In this document: piece by piece, positions 41,985-54,570 of the stretch
How the letters are laid out: each line of letters begins with the position of its first letter
How positions within the stretch are numbered: the first letter of the stretch is position 1
Source: the human T2T-CHM13v2.0 reference genome, Homo sapiens
Assembly: GCF_009914755.1 (NCBI RefSeq)
Contig: NC_060942.1
Direction: 5' to 3' (one strand)
DNA: 64,000 nucleotides
The notes under the pieces: generated by a model
Seen by the model: only the letters and a program-made list of their open reading frames with translations
Database searches by the model: none
Told to the model about the DNA's origin: nothing
Made by a program: the position numbers and the translations under genes

Positions 41985-42310
41985 GTAGTAGTTTTGACCC
42001 ACAGGGAACTTTAAAAATTCTGAACACTCGTCTTGCTACCCAGACCTATTAAAAACCTCTTGGTGTGGACATAGGTATCTGTGAGTTTTTAAAGCTCTCC
42101 AGGTAATTCTAGTGTACAACCAAGTTCAAAAATCTGCAATAGCTCATAAAAATAAAGTGAGCGAATTCATAAACTCCCTATTTTCAACCCCATCTCCAGA
42201 GAGTCTTTACCTGAAGAGTGGGATAATCACATAGGAATCAAAATTTTTAAAAATAATCCCCAGGTAATTTTAATACAGATTGTATGTGTCCCACATTTTG
42301 AGACACACTG
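41985..42310. mobile_element. Two adjacent MER5-type hAT MITE fragments
   Basis: tttttaaagctctccaggtaattctagtgtacaacc and aatccccaggtaattttaatacag...cacattttgagacacactg. Confidence 0.6.
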
Positions 42311-42338
42311 CCATTTGGGAATTGGAATTCCTCTGCAT

Positions 42339-42706
42339 TTCACTTTATCAATTACCCCTTTCTCACTTGTCACTCTATACTCTAATGGTTTTTTAATGTA
42401 TAAAATCTTCTTTGTTTCTACTACATAAACAAAATCGCTTCCTCCACAGCTCTATCTTTGTAATATACTGTTCTATCTCTTTCTGTTTTTAAAAAAAGTT
42501 TCTCAACACAAGTCTTAAGCTTTTCACTTTATCAATTACCCCTTTCTCACTTGTCACTCTATACTCTAATGTTTTTTTAATGTATAAAATCTTCTTTGTT
42601 TCTACTACATAAACAAAATCGCTTCCTCCACAGCTCTATCTTTGTAATATACTGTTCTATCTCTTTCTTTTTTTTAAAAAAGTTTCTCAACAAAAGTCTT
42701 AAGCTT
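42339..42706 (+). repeat. Tandem duplication, 2 x 184 bp
   Basis: 42339-42522 vs 42523-42706, four substitutions by hand count. Confidence 0.97.
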
Positions 42707-43292
42707 GCATCTGTTCTTCCATACCCTATTCATTCTTTCGCCCTGGGCCAGCTTCATGGGCATGCAGAGTCACACACAGGTGAAAGCTCAGAGGGCCTTT
42801 CTTGAATTTGGTTTAGTGCTTTATTGTCTTAAAATTCTTATTTCACTATCTCACCATTGTAAACTTCTCTGATTCTCAAATCCAATGGGCATTTTACAGT
42901 TTTTATTTCTTTTGACTGTTTGTAGCTTTGAATGCTGTTGATTGTTATGTCTTTGAAATGCTTTCGTATCTACTTTTACTCCATTTTCTTCTCATTCTCC
43001 TATATCTCAGGCTACCTCAGTCTCCTTCACAGGCGTTTCTGCCTCGAGACACCTTCTACACACTGCTTTTCCTCTGCATTCCATTCTTGATTCTCTTTTC
43101 CAGTAAATTTTCAGTGGTCACACTCTGACTAACGGATTGCACTCACAAGTATATACCCCAAATTTCTAAAACAATGTCTTTGATGCAGGGTTATCTATCT
43201 AAACTTTACAAAGAAACCAAAAACCAAGCTTATTTTTTCTAAATTATTCTGATCCTATAATTTCAGAATTATGCCCTCATTTGTCCTCCTTG

Positions 43293-43942
43293 TGAGAGGT
43301 GAAGCCAGCTGGGCTTCTGGATGGGGTGGGGACTTGGAGAACTTTCGTGTCTAGCTAAAGGATTGTAAATTCACCAATCAGCACTCTGTAAAAATGCACC
43401 AATCAGCACTCTGTAAAATGGACCAATCAGCACTCTGTAAAATGGACCAATCAGCAGGAGGTGGGTGGGGACAAATAAGGAAATAAAAGCTGGCCACCCC
43501 CCGCTGGCAGCCGCAACCCGTTGGGGTCGGCTTCCACAGTGTGGGAGCTTAATTCTTTTGCTCTTCTTCACAATGACTCTTGCTGCTAGTCACTCTTTGG
43601 GTCTGCAGTACCTTTATCAGCCGTAATACTCACCGCGAGAGTCTGTGGCTTCATTCCTGAAGTCAGCGAGACCACGAACCCCCCAGGAGGAACAAACAAC
43701 TCCAGACGCACCACCTTTAAGAACTGTAACACTCACTGCAAAGGTCTGCAGCTTCACTCCTGAAGTCAGCGAGACCACGAACCCACCGGAAGGAAGAAAC
43801 TCTGGACACAGCTAAACATCTGAAGGAATAAACTCAGACACATTACCCGTAAAAACTGTAACACTCACCGCGAGGGTCAGTGGCTTCGTTATTGAAGTCA
43901 GTGAGACCAAGAACCCACCGGAAGGAACCAATTCCAGACACA
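43293..43942 (+). mobile_element. LTR12 (ERV9) solo LTR, short U3 form
   Basis: tgagaggtgaagccagctggg start; accaatcagcactctgtaaaa repeats; gaagtcagcgagaccacgaaccc U5 repeats; ends gacaca; TSD CTTG. Confidence 0.95.
43371..43490 (+). promoter_or_regulatory. LTR12 U3 promoter: four CCAAT (NF-Y) boxes and an AATAAAA TATA-like box
   Basis: CCAAT at 43374, 43399, 43423 and 43447 (24-25 bp spacing); aataaaag ~43482. Activity is inferred from the family only. Confidence 0.55.
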
Positions 43943-43953
43943 CTTGTTATCTA

Positions 43954-44262
<309 letters not shown>

Positions 44263-45809
44263 TAAAAACTTGAGAATCAGCCTCAATCCTCTAAGTCAAT
44301 TCTATTCTATAGTCTTCTTATCTCCAGAAAGTCTTTTATGTTATTCTTTCTCACCGTCATTATTTTACTTCAGGTCTTTTTCACCTCTCATCCACAAAAG
44401 CAATAGGGTTATAAGTGTTCTCTTTGCTTTACATTCTTTAATAGTTTATTCTCAATGCTGGAAGAGAGATCTTTCAATTATGCAAATCTGACCACAGAAG
44501 TTTTATAATTTAAATGCTGAAATAGCCTGTGATGGTTGTTCTCAACCTGTGAAATAAAATAGCTTCTTTTCACAGTAAATAGCATGTAAAAACTCAGTTA
44601 TTAACATGAAAGAAAATACATAGAAGATATATATATATACCTACTCCAACAATTTTTAAAAAATAATGTAATGTCCTTAAGCTATATAAAAGAGAAATAA
44701 AATTACTGAAATAAGATTGTGCATATTTTAATATTTAAATATTTGAGAATGACTGCTCTGGAAAACATGTTAAAAAATAAAACTCATTTATCCATGAAAC
44801 CATAATGAATATTGGTAATTAATGTGTAATGTGTCAAGCTCAATGTTCATGACACCAATGGGATTTTCTAAAATAGGCAATTCTCGATAAAATTCTAAAC
44901 AAAAGAAAGTACAATCTTCCTTTATTTTGCATGAAAGCAGTAAAACTGAAAAATTATATAGTAGAAATCACTCAATTTTTTTATGACAAATGAAGTTGGG
45001 TCTAGATGCATTGTAAGATGGCAAACATCACTGGATCTAGTCCACTAAACACCATCTCATCAATTTCTCTTGAGAATATGAGGCTTGAGGTTCCATTGTA
45101 AATCTAATGCCGTCAGCATGTGCTAATCCCTCTCCTTCCCACAAATGTTCCATAAACTGCAGTGTGCAGAACTACTTTGCTCCAAGTGTTTTGTCAATAA
45201 TTTAAACATGAAACCCTATAGGAAAATGTGTTTTTTTCTGAATTCCAAACGAAAACTTTGAAAGAATCTTATAGGTCATCAATTTGAATTGTGTATTATC
45301 ATTTAATTTCTGATTTTCAGTTGAATCTGTCTTCTTTACAGAACTTCTTTCTTGGATAAGTCCTAGACATTCATACCTCAGAGAATGCATACTTCCGCCA
45401 ATACCTCTTAGCAAAAGTCAATTGAAAGATAAGAGAGACTGGTAAGTTTTCATGCTGCATCTATACCATGGAGTTGGTTGTCTCTTGGAGAAAATCTTCC
45501 CTTCCTTAGCTGTTAAAATTGTTAAAGATAGTGGAAAAAAAACTCTCTCTTTATAAATGTGTAATGTATTTTTGTTTCAATAACACTGTATGATTAGAAG
45601 CAAAATGAAAAATGAGTACAGATACAATTGAGCAATCAAGAATCAGTGTTACAATAAGGAAATTGTCAAACCAACATGGCATTTTCTTTCCCCATCTGTA
45701 TTTCTTAGTTTAACATGAAAACATGTAATTTATACATCAATCTTATTTAGAGTATTTATGTTACCACACTCAAATCCATGCTTCTGAAAATGACTATATA
45801 ACAAAGACG

Positions 45810-46550
45810 TCTATGCTCACCCTCTTATATATTTCCTCCTATATCTCAGTGTCTAGATACTGAAGAACCACATTTTCCAGATTTCCTTGTAGCAATAACT
45901 GTGAAGTAAAGTAGCTCCTGCTTGAGAGTGTCACTTATATATGATATGATTAGAAAGGAGGCCAGCACTTTGGGAGGCCGAGGTGGGCAGGTCACGAGGT
46001 CAAGAGATAGAGACCATCGTGGCCAACATGGTGAAACCCTGTCTCTACTAAAAATACAAAAATTAGCTGGGCATGGTGGCATGTGCCTGTAGTCTCAGCT
46101 ACTCAGGAGGCTGAGATAGGAGAATTGCTTGAACCTAGGAAGCAGAGGTTGCAGTGAACCGAGATCGCACCACTGCACTCCACCGTGGCAACAAAGCCAG
46201 ACTCTGTCAAAAAAAAAAAAAAAAGAAGAAGAAAGGAGGAAGGGAAGGGATATTCCCTTGCTTGTGGCACTGTTAGACAAGTGCTGACAAATAGGAGAGT
46301 TTTTGTTGACCACTTCCCATAGTCTGATGATCCGTCACCAGTCTTCTGGGTGTGAGAAAGCTGTGATGTTGGCACCAGTGATAGCCACAGAAGTAGGAGC
46401 TTGCTGACCTCAGGATCACAGAGATGGTAGTTTAACCCCAAAATGAATAGAGGTTTAGAACCCTGATTTTCACCCCTCTAGTCCTTCCAACGTTTTTGTA
46501 ACCTGTTGTTTCTCACATGAAATTTTATATGATGGAAATAAACTATAGCT
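45810..46550 (+). mobile_element. Old ERVL LTR (LTR33-like), split by an Alu
   Basis: aaccacattttccagatttccttgtagc ... cccctctagtccttccaacgtttttgtaa...ctcacatgaaat. Confidence 0.55.
45962..46229 (+). mobile_element. 5'-truncated AluSc
   Basis: tcacgaggtcaagagatagagaccatc diagnostic; TSD agaaaggagg. Confidence 0.93.
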
Positions 46551-48279
46551 AAAAGCACTTGGCACATGTCAGAACTTAACATTTAAAGGGCCAGTAAGAG
46601 AATGAATCATTTACTTTCCTGGCATCCTGCAAAGAGGTATGTTTGGACCAAGGTACGGATGAACACATCTACAGACTAGGATCCATGAGAGAAACTCTGC
46701 ATGAGAGAAACTCTGTCTGCTTGTTCTTACTCCATATGGAAGAAAAGAGGGAGTAACCACATAAATTAGCATTTTGGGGTTTAGGAAATCATGCATTCAG
46801 ACCATACGTGCCTGCTTTACAGGAGAATGCTGGGAGATTCTAACTGCGTAGAAATGGAGATTTTCATCATCCTTAGACCTGTGGAACATTCTGAGCAGTA
46901 GGGACAAGTGATCTCAACTCCAGAAGTTGCAGCCCCTTCAGCTGGAAATGAGGGTATTAGGCTCAGCTATCTCAATGCCAGGCAACTTAAAGCAATGATG
47001 AAGTTATAATTGTCTTCATAAACATCTAGAATGGTTTCTCTTTCTTACAATATTTGATTCAGCCACAGGTTTTAATAAGTATATAAATAAATATGTTATG
47101 TTATAGAAAAATAATTTAAAAGTAACTTCAAGCTAAATTATTAGGAAATTCACATGATATGGAAGTTGCACTATCTAAGCGTTATAATTAAAACTCTTTA
47201 GCATGTGAGAGGCTTAAATTAGAACAAAAGTGGAATGTCTATTGCTGATTTTCATTCCTCAAATAAAGCTTTTTATCATTTAGATATTATTAGTCAAGGC
47301 TAAATTAGAAATCCACACATAGACCTATAATTATCATCTCCTTCAGAAAAGTTATTTGAATTTTTCAGTGATGTAAGTTTATGGCCATTTTGATTTCATA
47401 AATTAGTTTTTCACAAAGAAATTGCATGAAAAAAACTATCTTAAAAAGGAGGATTTTAACCAAGATTTCTTTCCACATATATAAGTATGAATGATGTAAA
47501 CATTCATTATATAAGAAATTAAAAAGTGAAATTTCAATAATTAAAACTTAAGACCTGGATCAGTAGAAGTGGCCACAAAACTGGAGATGGAAAGATGAGA
47601 AGAAGTTTGTCAAATCTAATAAACAATGGTAAAGTAAAAACAGGAACAGGAGATGTGGAAACCAGTGTATGTCTACGTTGTTTAGGCAAGGAATCTCTCA
47701 AACTGGTAGTAATTAAATATTTTATCATTCAATGCCTCTGCTTATTTCCCATTTTGATTCTTCCATTTTCCTCACAAGCCGCATTAGGCTGTTTCAGAAT
47801 GGTTGAAATTTCCAACACCTCCATGTTCCTCATTCTACTTTTGGCATACAATGTGTAGAAAGTATGCAGGTATATGTTATTTTATTGAGCTTTGCTTTAT
47901 TGCACTTTGTAGATAATGAATTTTTACAGTTGAAAGGCTGGTGACAACACTGCATCTAGAAAGTCGATGAGAGCCGTTTTTCCAAGAGCATGTGCTCATT
48001 TTGTGTCTCTGGGTGACATTTTGGTAATTCTTGCAATACTTTAAACTTTTTAATTATTAATAGGTCTGTTATAATGATTTGATGTTACTATTGTAATGGT
48101 TTTGGGGTGCTACAAACTGCACTCATGTAAGATGGCTAACTTAATACAAAAATATTCTATGTGCTCTGATTGCTCCACCAACCAGCCTTTCCCCATCTCT
48201 CTCCCTTTCCTTGGGCCTTCTTATTTCCTGAGACGCAATAATATTAAAATTGGGCTAATGAATAACCCTATAATGGTCT

Positions 48280-49815
48280 CTAAGTGTTCAAATGGAAGGA
48301 ACAGTAACATTTCTGTCACTTTAAATTAAAAGCTAGAAATGATTAAGCTTAGCGAGGGAAGATATGTTGAAATTCAATACAGGATGAAAGCTAGGATTCT
48401 TGTGCCATATAATTTGTGAAGTGAGTTGAAAGGAAAAGTTTTTGAAAAAAATGAAAAATTCAACTTCAATAAACACATAAATTATTGGAGATGGAAACAT
48501 CCTTATTGCCAATATAGAGAAAGTTTTATTAGTCTGGATAGATCAAACCAGCCACAATATTCCCTTAAACCTTAGCCTAATCCAGAACAAGGATCTGATT
48601 CTCTTTAATTCTATGAAGGCTAAGAGAGATGAGGAAGCACAGAAAAACACTCTGAAGATTTTTTTTATATAGCTTACTAGCAGAAGCTGGTTCATGTGGT
48701 TTAAAGAAAGAACAGATATAACATAAATGTACAAGGTGAAGTAGCAAGTGCTGATATAGAAGATGCAGTAAGTTATCGAGAAGATCCAGTTGACTGATGA
48801 AGGTAGCTACACTAAACAACAGACTTCCAATGTAGACAAACAGTCCTTTATTGAAAAAACAAAAAATCCTGTCTAGGAACTTTTATAGCTCTACAGGAGA
48901 AGTCAATGCCTGGCTTCAAAGGACATGACTCTCTTGTTAGGGGCTAATACAGCTGATGACTTTAAGTTAAATCCAGTGTTCACTTACCATTTCTAAAATT
49001 CTGGGGCCCTTAAGAATTACATTAAATATACTCTGCCTGTGCTCCATGGAAAAATAAAGCCTGGATTTCAGCATATCTGTTTACAGCATGGTTTACTAAA
49101 TATTTTCAGCCCACTGTCAAGGACTACTACTCTGAAAAACAAAAAAAAAAAAGATTTCTTTCAAAGTATTACTGCCCATTGACAATGCATCTAGTCACCC
49201 AAGAGCTCTGATGGAGATGTACATGGAGATTAATGTTGTTTGCATGCCTGCTAACACAACAACATCCATTCTGCATTCCATAGACCACAGAATAATAAGA
49301 CTTTTAAGTATTATTATTTAAGAAACATATTTAATAAGTCTAACTATAGCTACCATAAATAGTAATTGCTCTGAGGCATCTGAGCAAAGTAAATTGAAAA
49401 CCTGTGAAAGATTGACCATTATAGATACCATTAAGAACATTCTTAGTTCAGGGAAGAACGTCAAATCATCAAAACTAACAGGGGTTTGGGAGAAGCTGAT
49501 TCCAACCTTCATGGATGACTCTGAGGAATCCAAGACTTTACTGGAGCAAGCAGCTGCAAAAGTGGTAGAAACAGCAAGAGAACTAGAATTAGAAGTGAAA
49601 CCTGAAGATGTGACTGAATTGTTTCAATCTCATGATAAAAGTTTAATGGATGAGGAGTTGCTCCTTGTAAGTGAGCAAACAATGTGGTTTCTTGGGATGG
49701 AATCTTCTCCTGGTGAAGATGCTGTGCACATTGTTGAAGTGACGACAAAGGATGTAGACTATTGCCTAAATTGTGTTGATAAAGCAATGGCAGCGTTTGA
49801 GAGCATTGCTTTCAA
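48280..49815 (+). pseudogene. Tigger1 transposase pseudogene (TIGD1-like); C-terminal part still open in ORF 49394-49894
   Basis: LTGVWEKLIPTFMDD...ARELELEVKPEDVTELFQSHDK...MESSPGEDAVHIVEVTTKD matches Tigger1/TIGD1; the upstream part has stops and frameshifts. Confidence 0.88.
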
Positions 49816-49922
49816 TTTTTTTTTCTCAACTTTTCTTTGTGATACAGAGACTACATGTGCAGATGTGTTGCATGGGTATATTGCACTCAGGTAGTGAACA
49901 TAGTACACAATAGGTAGTTAAC
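49816..49922 (-). mobile_element. Short L1PA/PB 3' end inserted in Tigger1
   Basis: Poly(T) then tacatgtgcagatgtgttgcatgggtatattgcactcaggtagtgaacatagtacacaataggtagtt. Confidence 0.8.
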
Positions 49923-50629
49923 CACCACTGATCCATCAGTAGCCATCATAATCTAGGGAAGGCCTTTCAACAGCAAAAAGATTATGACTCAATGAAGGCT
50001 CAGATGATTGTTAGCATTTTTTAGCAGTTAGGTATTTTTAATTATGGTATGTACATTTTTTAGACATGGTGCCATTACACAGTTAATAGACTACAGTATA
50101 GCATAAACGTAAGTTTTATATTCACTGGGAAACAAAAAACAATTGTATGACTCCCTTTATTGCATATTTACTTCATTGCAGTGGTTTGGAAACAAACTTG
50201 CAATATCTCTGAGGTATGCTTCTAGTGATTTTTCTCTCTAATTTTGTTGTAAGAGTCCATATTTACTGTAGGATAAAAGAAACAAGACAATAAGAAAATA
50301 TCTAGAGTTCCAAATCACACAATCCAACATACTGATTAGGATCATGTAAATATATATCATTTATATAATTGATGTCTCTTTATAACATATTCTATTTCAT
50401 AATTGCTGTTTTCAGATAAAATATATTGATTTATCAAAAAATATTTCCATACCAGTAAACATAGTCTATCTTTCTAGAAGCATAGTAATATAATATATAG
50501 CTTTTCTTTTAAAGCAATCAACTATTTTGACATTTATAGTATCAATATCTTGCCATTTTAAACATCGCTGCAATAGTTTTGAACATATATTTTATGTATG
50601 TTTTGATATATCTTATTATAATGAATTGC

Positions 50630-50800
50630 TAGAAGGTTAAACACTGGATCAACGCTTTACAAAATTTGAAAAGTTTAAATATGTTTCGCCAATATGCCAC
50701 AAGACACAAATGAAAACTATGAATTTGACAAAGCAAAATGAACACTTGCACATACACAAAAACTTCTGTCAATTTTAGAGAATGCTTATCTCTTCAGAAA
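50630..50800 (+). repeat. Dispersed direct repeat, partner at 53055-53228
   Basis: About 18 substitutions plus one 3-bp indel by hand alignment. Confidence 0.93.
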
Positions 50801-51491
50801 ATTCATTCATAGACATTCATCCAGGGAATTATTTAGCTTATGTTAAGGGCACTCATGCTATATTATGATCCCATTTTTATAAAAATATATTCATACAAAT
50901 ATTGGAGCAGATATATTGCAAAGAGTTACTGATGATTTAGAAGAGGTCATGAATAGAGAGAAATGTAATGCTTTATTGTTTCGTTTGAGCATCTCATAAA
51001 AAACATGTTTTACTTTTACATTAAGTAAATAAAAATTTATTCTTGAATATTTTTATTGGACAAGCAAACAGACCTTCTTTTGTCTTTCAACTCTCATCCA
51101 ATGTATAATCTTGTCCCTACCCATGTACTGCCAAAATTCTTGACAGACTTTTATACTAAATGCACATACTTTGTTAAAGGCTATTCACTCCTCAATTGAC
51201 TACATTCAGGCTTTTCCTCCTGCCTTTGGGGTTTTCATCCTGCGATCCTCCTGAAAATGTTCTGAGCAAGTAAGCAATAACCTCTAGTTTCTGAAGTCTA
51301 TTGCACAGGTTTTCTGTCTTCTGTGAGTGGTGGAGTAACTAAACATGGACTAACTACGCTGCCAATTACAATTATAAACCTCTTCCAAAAATGAGAAATA
51401 TTTGTATAGACACTTGCGAGTGAAAGTCAAGACAGGCCAAGCTTTGAAAGTAAATATTAAGTCCCAGGCATAAGATAAAAACTAAAATAGA

Positions 51492-51559
51492 CTCTCTCTC
51501 TCTCTCACACACACACACAAACACACACACACAAAGAGAGAGAGAAAGAGAGAGAGAGA
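51492..51559. repeat. (CT)n(CA)n(GA)n compound microsatellite
   Basis: Directly visible. Confidence 0.92.
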
Positions 51560-51926
51560 TATTCAAAAGTGAGTCTTTACAAGTTCAAGGCAATATTCCA
51601 GTATTTTATCTGCTTGCTAGGACAAAACACAACATTCTCTAGAGAAAGATAACAGGTTCTCTAAAGTTTATCATTTATAATGTCCATTGTACAATTAAAA
51701 ACTTACTAGGCATGCAAAGAAACAGAAAAGATGATGGATAGTCAAAAGAAAAATCATCCAATAGACACTGACACTCAGATAACCTGGATGTTGAAATTTA
51801 CGGTACAACATGGATAAAGAACTGCAGTCTGTATGTTAAGGAAATGCAGGAAGTAATAAGCATACTGGGTAAAGGAGAAGATCAACAGAGACATGAAAAT
51901 TGTAAAAAAAAAAAAAAAAAAAAAAG

Positions 51927-52768
<842 letters not shown>

Positions 52769-53719
52769 CCAAATTTGCTTTAAAAAGCAGCCCAAATAAC
52801 TGTAAAATAAAAAAAATAGAAATAAACACTCTTAGTCTTATTGTATATTCACAAAAAAAGTGTATCAAGTAAAATAAAAACATTATAGAAAAAATGTCTG
52901 GCAGAATTTTAGAATTTTCCAGAATAAATCTTCACTAAAAAATGAGTATATATACATATATGACTACACACACATATGTGTGTATATATATTATATATAC
53001 ATATACATATATACAATTTCTTCTTGTAGATAATATCTGGTATTATTTTCATTTTAGAAGGTTAAACACTGGATCAGTGGTTTATAATATTTGAAAAATT
53101 TGAATATGTTTCTCCAATATGCCATTTGAAGACACAAATGAATACTATGAATTTGATAAAGCAAAATGAACACTTTCACATATACAAAAATTTCTGTGAA
53201 TTTCAGAGAATGCACATCTCTTCAGAAAGAAGAAAAGAAGGAAAATAATACTAGATTTGATCTACAAGAAGAAATTATAAATGGTAAGCAGATGAGTAAT
53301 CGTAAAGTATATTTTATTTTTTTAATGCATAGAAAATTAATTAAATTTCTAAAGCAAAAGAATAGTAGCAATACTTCTTAGGGCTAATATCATAAGCAGA
53401 AATAAAATATATGACAATAGCACAAAGTGTAGAAATGGATGAAAAGTGTATTGATTTGGTTAGTATTCATTATAATTGAAGTGATGTAATATTAATGCAA
53501 GATGGATGGTGATAAATTAAAGATGAATGTTATAGTCTCCAGAACAACCAATAAAATATGTTGCAAAAAATTATTAGTAAAATGGGAATAGAGAAGATAG
53601 AATAAATATATAAAAATATTTAATTAATAAAGGCAGCCAAGGAAAAAAGAAGTTTCAACCAGAAAACAAATAACAAAATGGTTGACTTAAATCCAAGTAT
53701 ATCAAAACTATAACGAATA

Positions 53720-53797
53720 TTAGGTAGATGCAAATGTAATCACAGTTTTTGCCATTAAAAGGAATGGCAAACTGTGATTACTTTTGCACCAATCCAG
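53720..53797. mobile_element. MADE1 (Hsmar1-derived palindromic MITE)
   Basis: ttaggtagatgcaaatgtaatcacagtttttgccatt-aaaagg-aatggcaaactgtgattacttttgcaccaatcca, TA-flanked. Confidence 0.9.
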
Positions 53798-54029
53798 TAT
53801 AAATAAATTAAAAGTATGAATGTAGAGATTGGAGACTGGGGAAAAATAAGCATAATATAACAATAATATGCTGTTTATAAGGACACATTAAAAATGTATT
53901 CAATTAATATTTCATGATCATCATTTTACTTGACATATATGTATTTTAAGAAACAGTTTTCTCACATGGATCACTGCCAGCCACCTAAGTAATTGTTACA
54001 ATAGGTATTCAGTAGTGGTAGTTGGAGTA

Positions 54030-54250
54030 ATAGTAATAGCTAAAACTTACAGAAACCTTACCATGTACTGCTAGCTGTTAGAGTTGGTTTATAAAAATAA
54101 TCTTGTTTAATAATTACAGCAAATTAATATGTAGTAGTAATTATATCATCCTCATTTTACTGATGATTCAACAGATACAGAAGAAACAAGTGACTTACTT
54201 AACGCCCTGCATTTAGTAATTGAATTTAACTATAACTCCAAAGCTTTCTA
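54030..54250 (-). mobile_element. MIR
   Basis: taatagctaaaacttacag...atcctcattttactgatga...agtgacttactt. Confidence 0.6.
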
Positions 54251-54304
54251 CGGTCTCTCAATTTTATTACTTCTCTCCACTTTTCCATGCATCTTTTTGA
54301 ATAC

Positions 54305-54570
54305 AGTTCTGATTACATCACACTGCTGCTAAACCCCTTTATTGGCTTCCTATTACCCTTGCCTTCCCATTACTCTTGCTATGATGACCAAACTATACGA
54401 TGTGACATGCCTTTCCTTCTGAACATTTTCTAATTCCTAAGTATACCTTGCTGGATCTCAACTGAGTCCTCTCATCTGCGACTCCTACCAGCTGAAACTA
54501 TCTTATTATTTTCCCACAGTATCTCTGAATAACTAATACCTATTTGTCCTTCAGGCCCCAGTCTATTAAA
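54305..54570 (+). mobile_element. L2 fragment
   Basis: tctgattacatcacactgctgctaaacccctttattggcttcctattacc...cctatttgtccttcaggcccca. Confidence 0.5.

Larger units (their letters stand above)
47867..50222 (+). mobile_element. Tigger1 DNA transposon, near full length
   Basis: Left TIR-like caggtatatgttattttattg; right end caatatctctgaggtatgct; transposase remnants throughout. Confidence 0.95.

Noticed and set aside
43371-43942. Regularly spaced direct repeats resembling a CRISPR array
   Set aside because: These are intrinsic LTR12 U3/U5 tandem repeats; there are no unique spacers or cas genes and the context is eukaryotic.
46684-46715. Perfect 16-bp tandem duplication catgagagaaactctg
   Set aside because: An ordinary slippage-size duplication, too common to be notable.
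53720-53797. Long palindrome suggestive of a pre-miRNA
   Set aside because: Fully explained by MADE1; miR-548-type processing cannot be inferred from sequence alone.
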